Source: Mobula hypostoma (taxonomy: Eukaryota). From it: DNA of 64,000 nt. The notes beneath the pieces were generated by a model. The model was given only the letters and a program-made list of their open reading frames with translations. It was not told where the DNA came from and searched no databases. The DNA lies in the NCBI RefSeq assembly GCF_963921235.1, contig NC_086101.1:12216001-12280000 (forward strand), written 5' to 3'. Positions 62,691-64,000 of the stretch are shown here, one piece after another. Numbering within the stretch: position 1 is the first letter of the stretch; every line of letters starts with the position of its first letter. The translations under genes and the position numbers were made by a program.

Positions 62691-62882
62691 CCATTGAGAC
62701 CACGTCGTTCAGCAGCCGTGGCAGCCTCCTGCCCCCGTTCCTCCCTGTCACGGGCTGCGTGTCCGGTGTGATTTTCACGGTGGCCTGGGGTTCCGTGGCG
62801 CGCTGGTGGGCAGACGGTGAGCTGCGGAGGCCAGTGGCATGGCTGGTGTCGGTGGGCTCTGGGCCTGGTCCGAGGGGGGTGG
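62691..62882 (-). CDS. npdc1: NPDC1-family (probably NPDC1-like) gene, juxtamembrane Pro/Thr/Ser-rich extracellular exon (TPLGPGPEPTDTS...LLNDVVSM); upstream exons are beyond the window end
   Basis: tatttcag| acceptor, G|gtaagg donor; 192 nt, phase 1-1; splices in frame to the TM exon. Confidence 0.75.
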
Positions 62883-64000
62883 CTGAAATAGCAGTAAACA
62901 TACGAGGTTGTGAGTGGTGATTGCAGTCCCTGACCTACCCCAGTGCAACGGAACCTGCTCTCAGAGTATAAGCCAGGGCAGGCCACTGGGACCTAGATAC
63001 ACGCTGCACCATTCATCAAGATTGTAAATGAACATATTGCCATTGACAAGCCTCAGGGGAAGAAGGAAGAGCCATATGCAAAGAGAAGTGGCTGGTGTCA
63101 GAACAGAGGTGGAGTCACGTTGGGAAATATCCCCTCACACCAAATGGTCTCTGTGTTTTTTCATCTATGGGAAGCCGGTGATGCTCTCAAAGAGTAATAC
63201 AGCGCAGAAGAAGGCCATTCAGCCCAGCTAGTCCATACTGACCCAGTTGCCATTATGAGCTACTCCCATTTGCTTGTGTTTGCAGCATATCCTTCGAAAC
63301 CATTCCTATCCACACAGTTATCCAAAAATCTTTAAGTCTTGTTATGCCCACCACAACCATTCCCTCGGCAGCTCATTCCATACGTGAACCTCCCTCTGTG
63401 CAAAGGACTTTTAAATCTTTCCCCTCTCACCTTAAATCTATGCCATCTAGATTTCTTGGGGAAAATTAATTGTCTGTATTCACCTTAAGTACGCCGCCAC
63501 CCCGCCCCCCCCGTGATTTTATACAACTCCTCAGTCTACCATGTTCCAAGAAATAATGTCCAACCTCTCCCTATAGAGCCATAAGGACATAAGACATAGG
63601 GGTAGAATTAGGCCATTCAGCCCATCGAGCCTGCTGCACCATTCCATCATGGCTGATTTATTATTCCTCTCAACCCCATTCTCCTTCCTGTAAGTTTTGA
63701 TACCCTGACTAACTAAGAAACTGCCAACCTCCATTTCAAACATGCCCAGTGAACCCCTGTCTCTGGCAATGAATTCCACAGATTCACCACCCTCTGGCTG
63801 AAGAAGTTCCTCCTCAACTCTGTTCTAAGGAAACATCCTTCTATTCTGAGGCTGTGCCCTCTGGTCCTAGACTCCCCCACTATAGGAAACATCCTCTCCA
63901 CGTTCACTGTAAGTAGGCCTTTCAATATTCAATGGTTTTTGAAAAACCCTTCATCCCACTAAACTCCAGTGAGTACAGACCCGGAGACATCAGACACTGC

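Noticed and set aside
232..63925. Most remaining 60-200 aa ORFs in the six-frame track
   Set aside because: Frames or antisense frames of CR1, Rex1, RTE or PLE fragments, or low-complexity sequence; no independent gene evidence

Overview
Vertebrate genomic DNA, inferred to be from a cartilaginous fish (shark/ray) from its repeat content: abundant CR1, Rex1/Babar, RTE and Penelope-like elements. Two spliced genes lie tandemly on the minus strand and were reconstructed by hand with GT-AG boundaries and consistent phases. (1) A class V POU (Oct4/POU5) gene, exons 1-4 at 16066-50; exon 5 lies beyond the window start. (2) The last six coding exons of an NPDC1-family membrane protein gene at 62882-43843. 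The NPDC1 paralog is divergent, which favours the NPDC1L-POU5F1 locus over NPDC1-POU5F3, but this is an inference. Most of the rest is nested retroelement debris. Highlights: many minimal type I hammerhead ribozyme motifs carried by fold-back Penelope-derived elements with 12-15 bp target-site duplications (TSDs); a young CR1 RT ORF in frame with an NPDC1-like exon; a 173-bp hairpin upstream of pou5; and candidate Oct/Sox/TCF and ARE/AP-1 regulatory modules.
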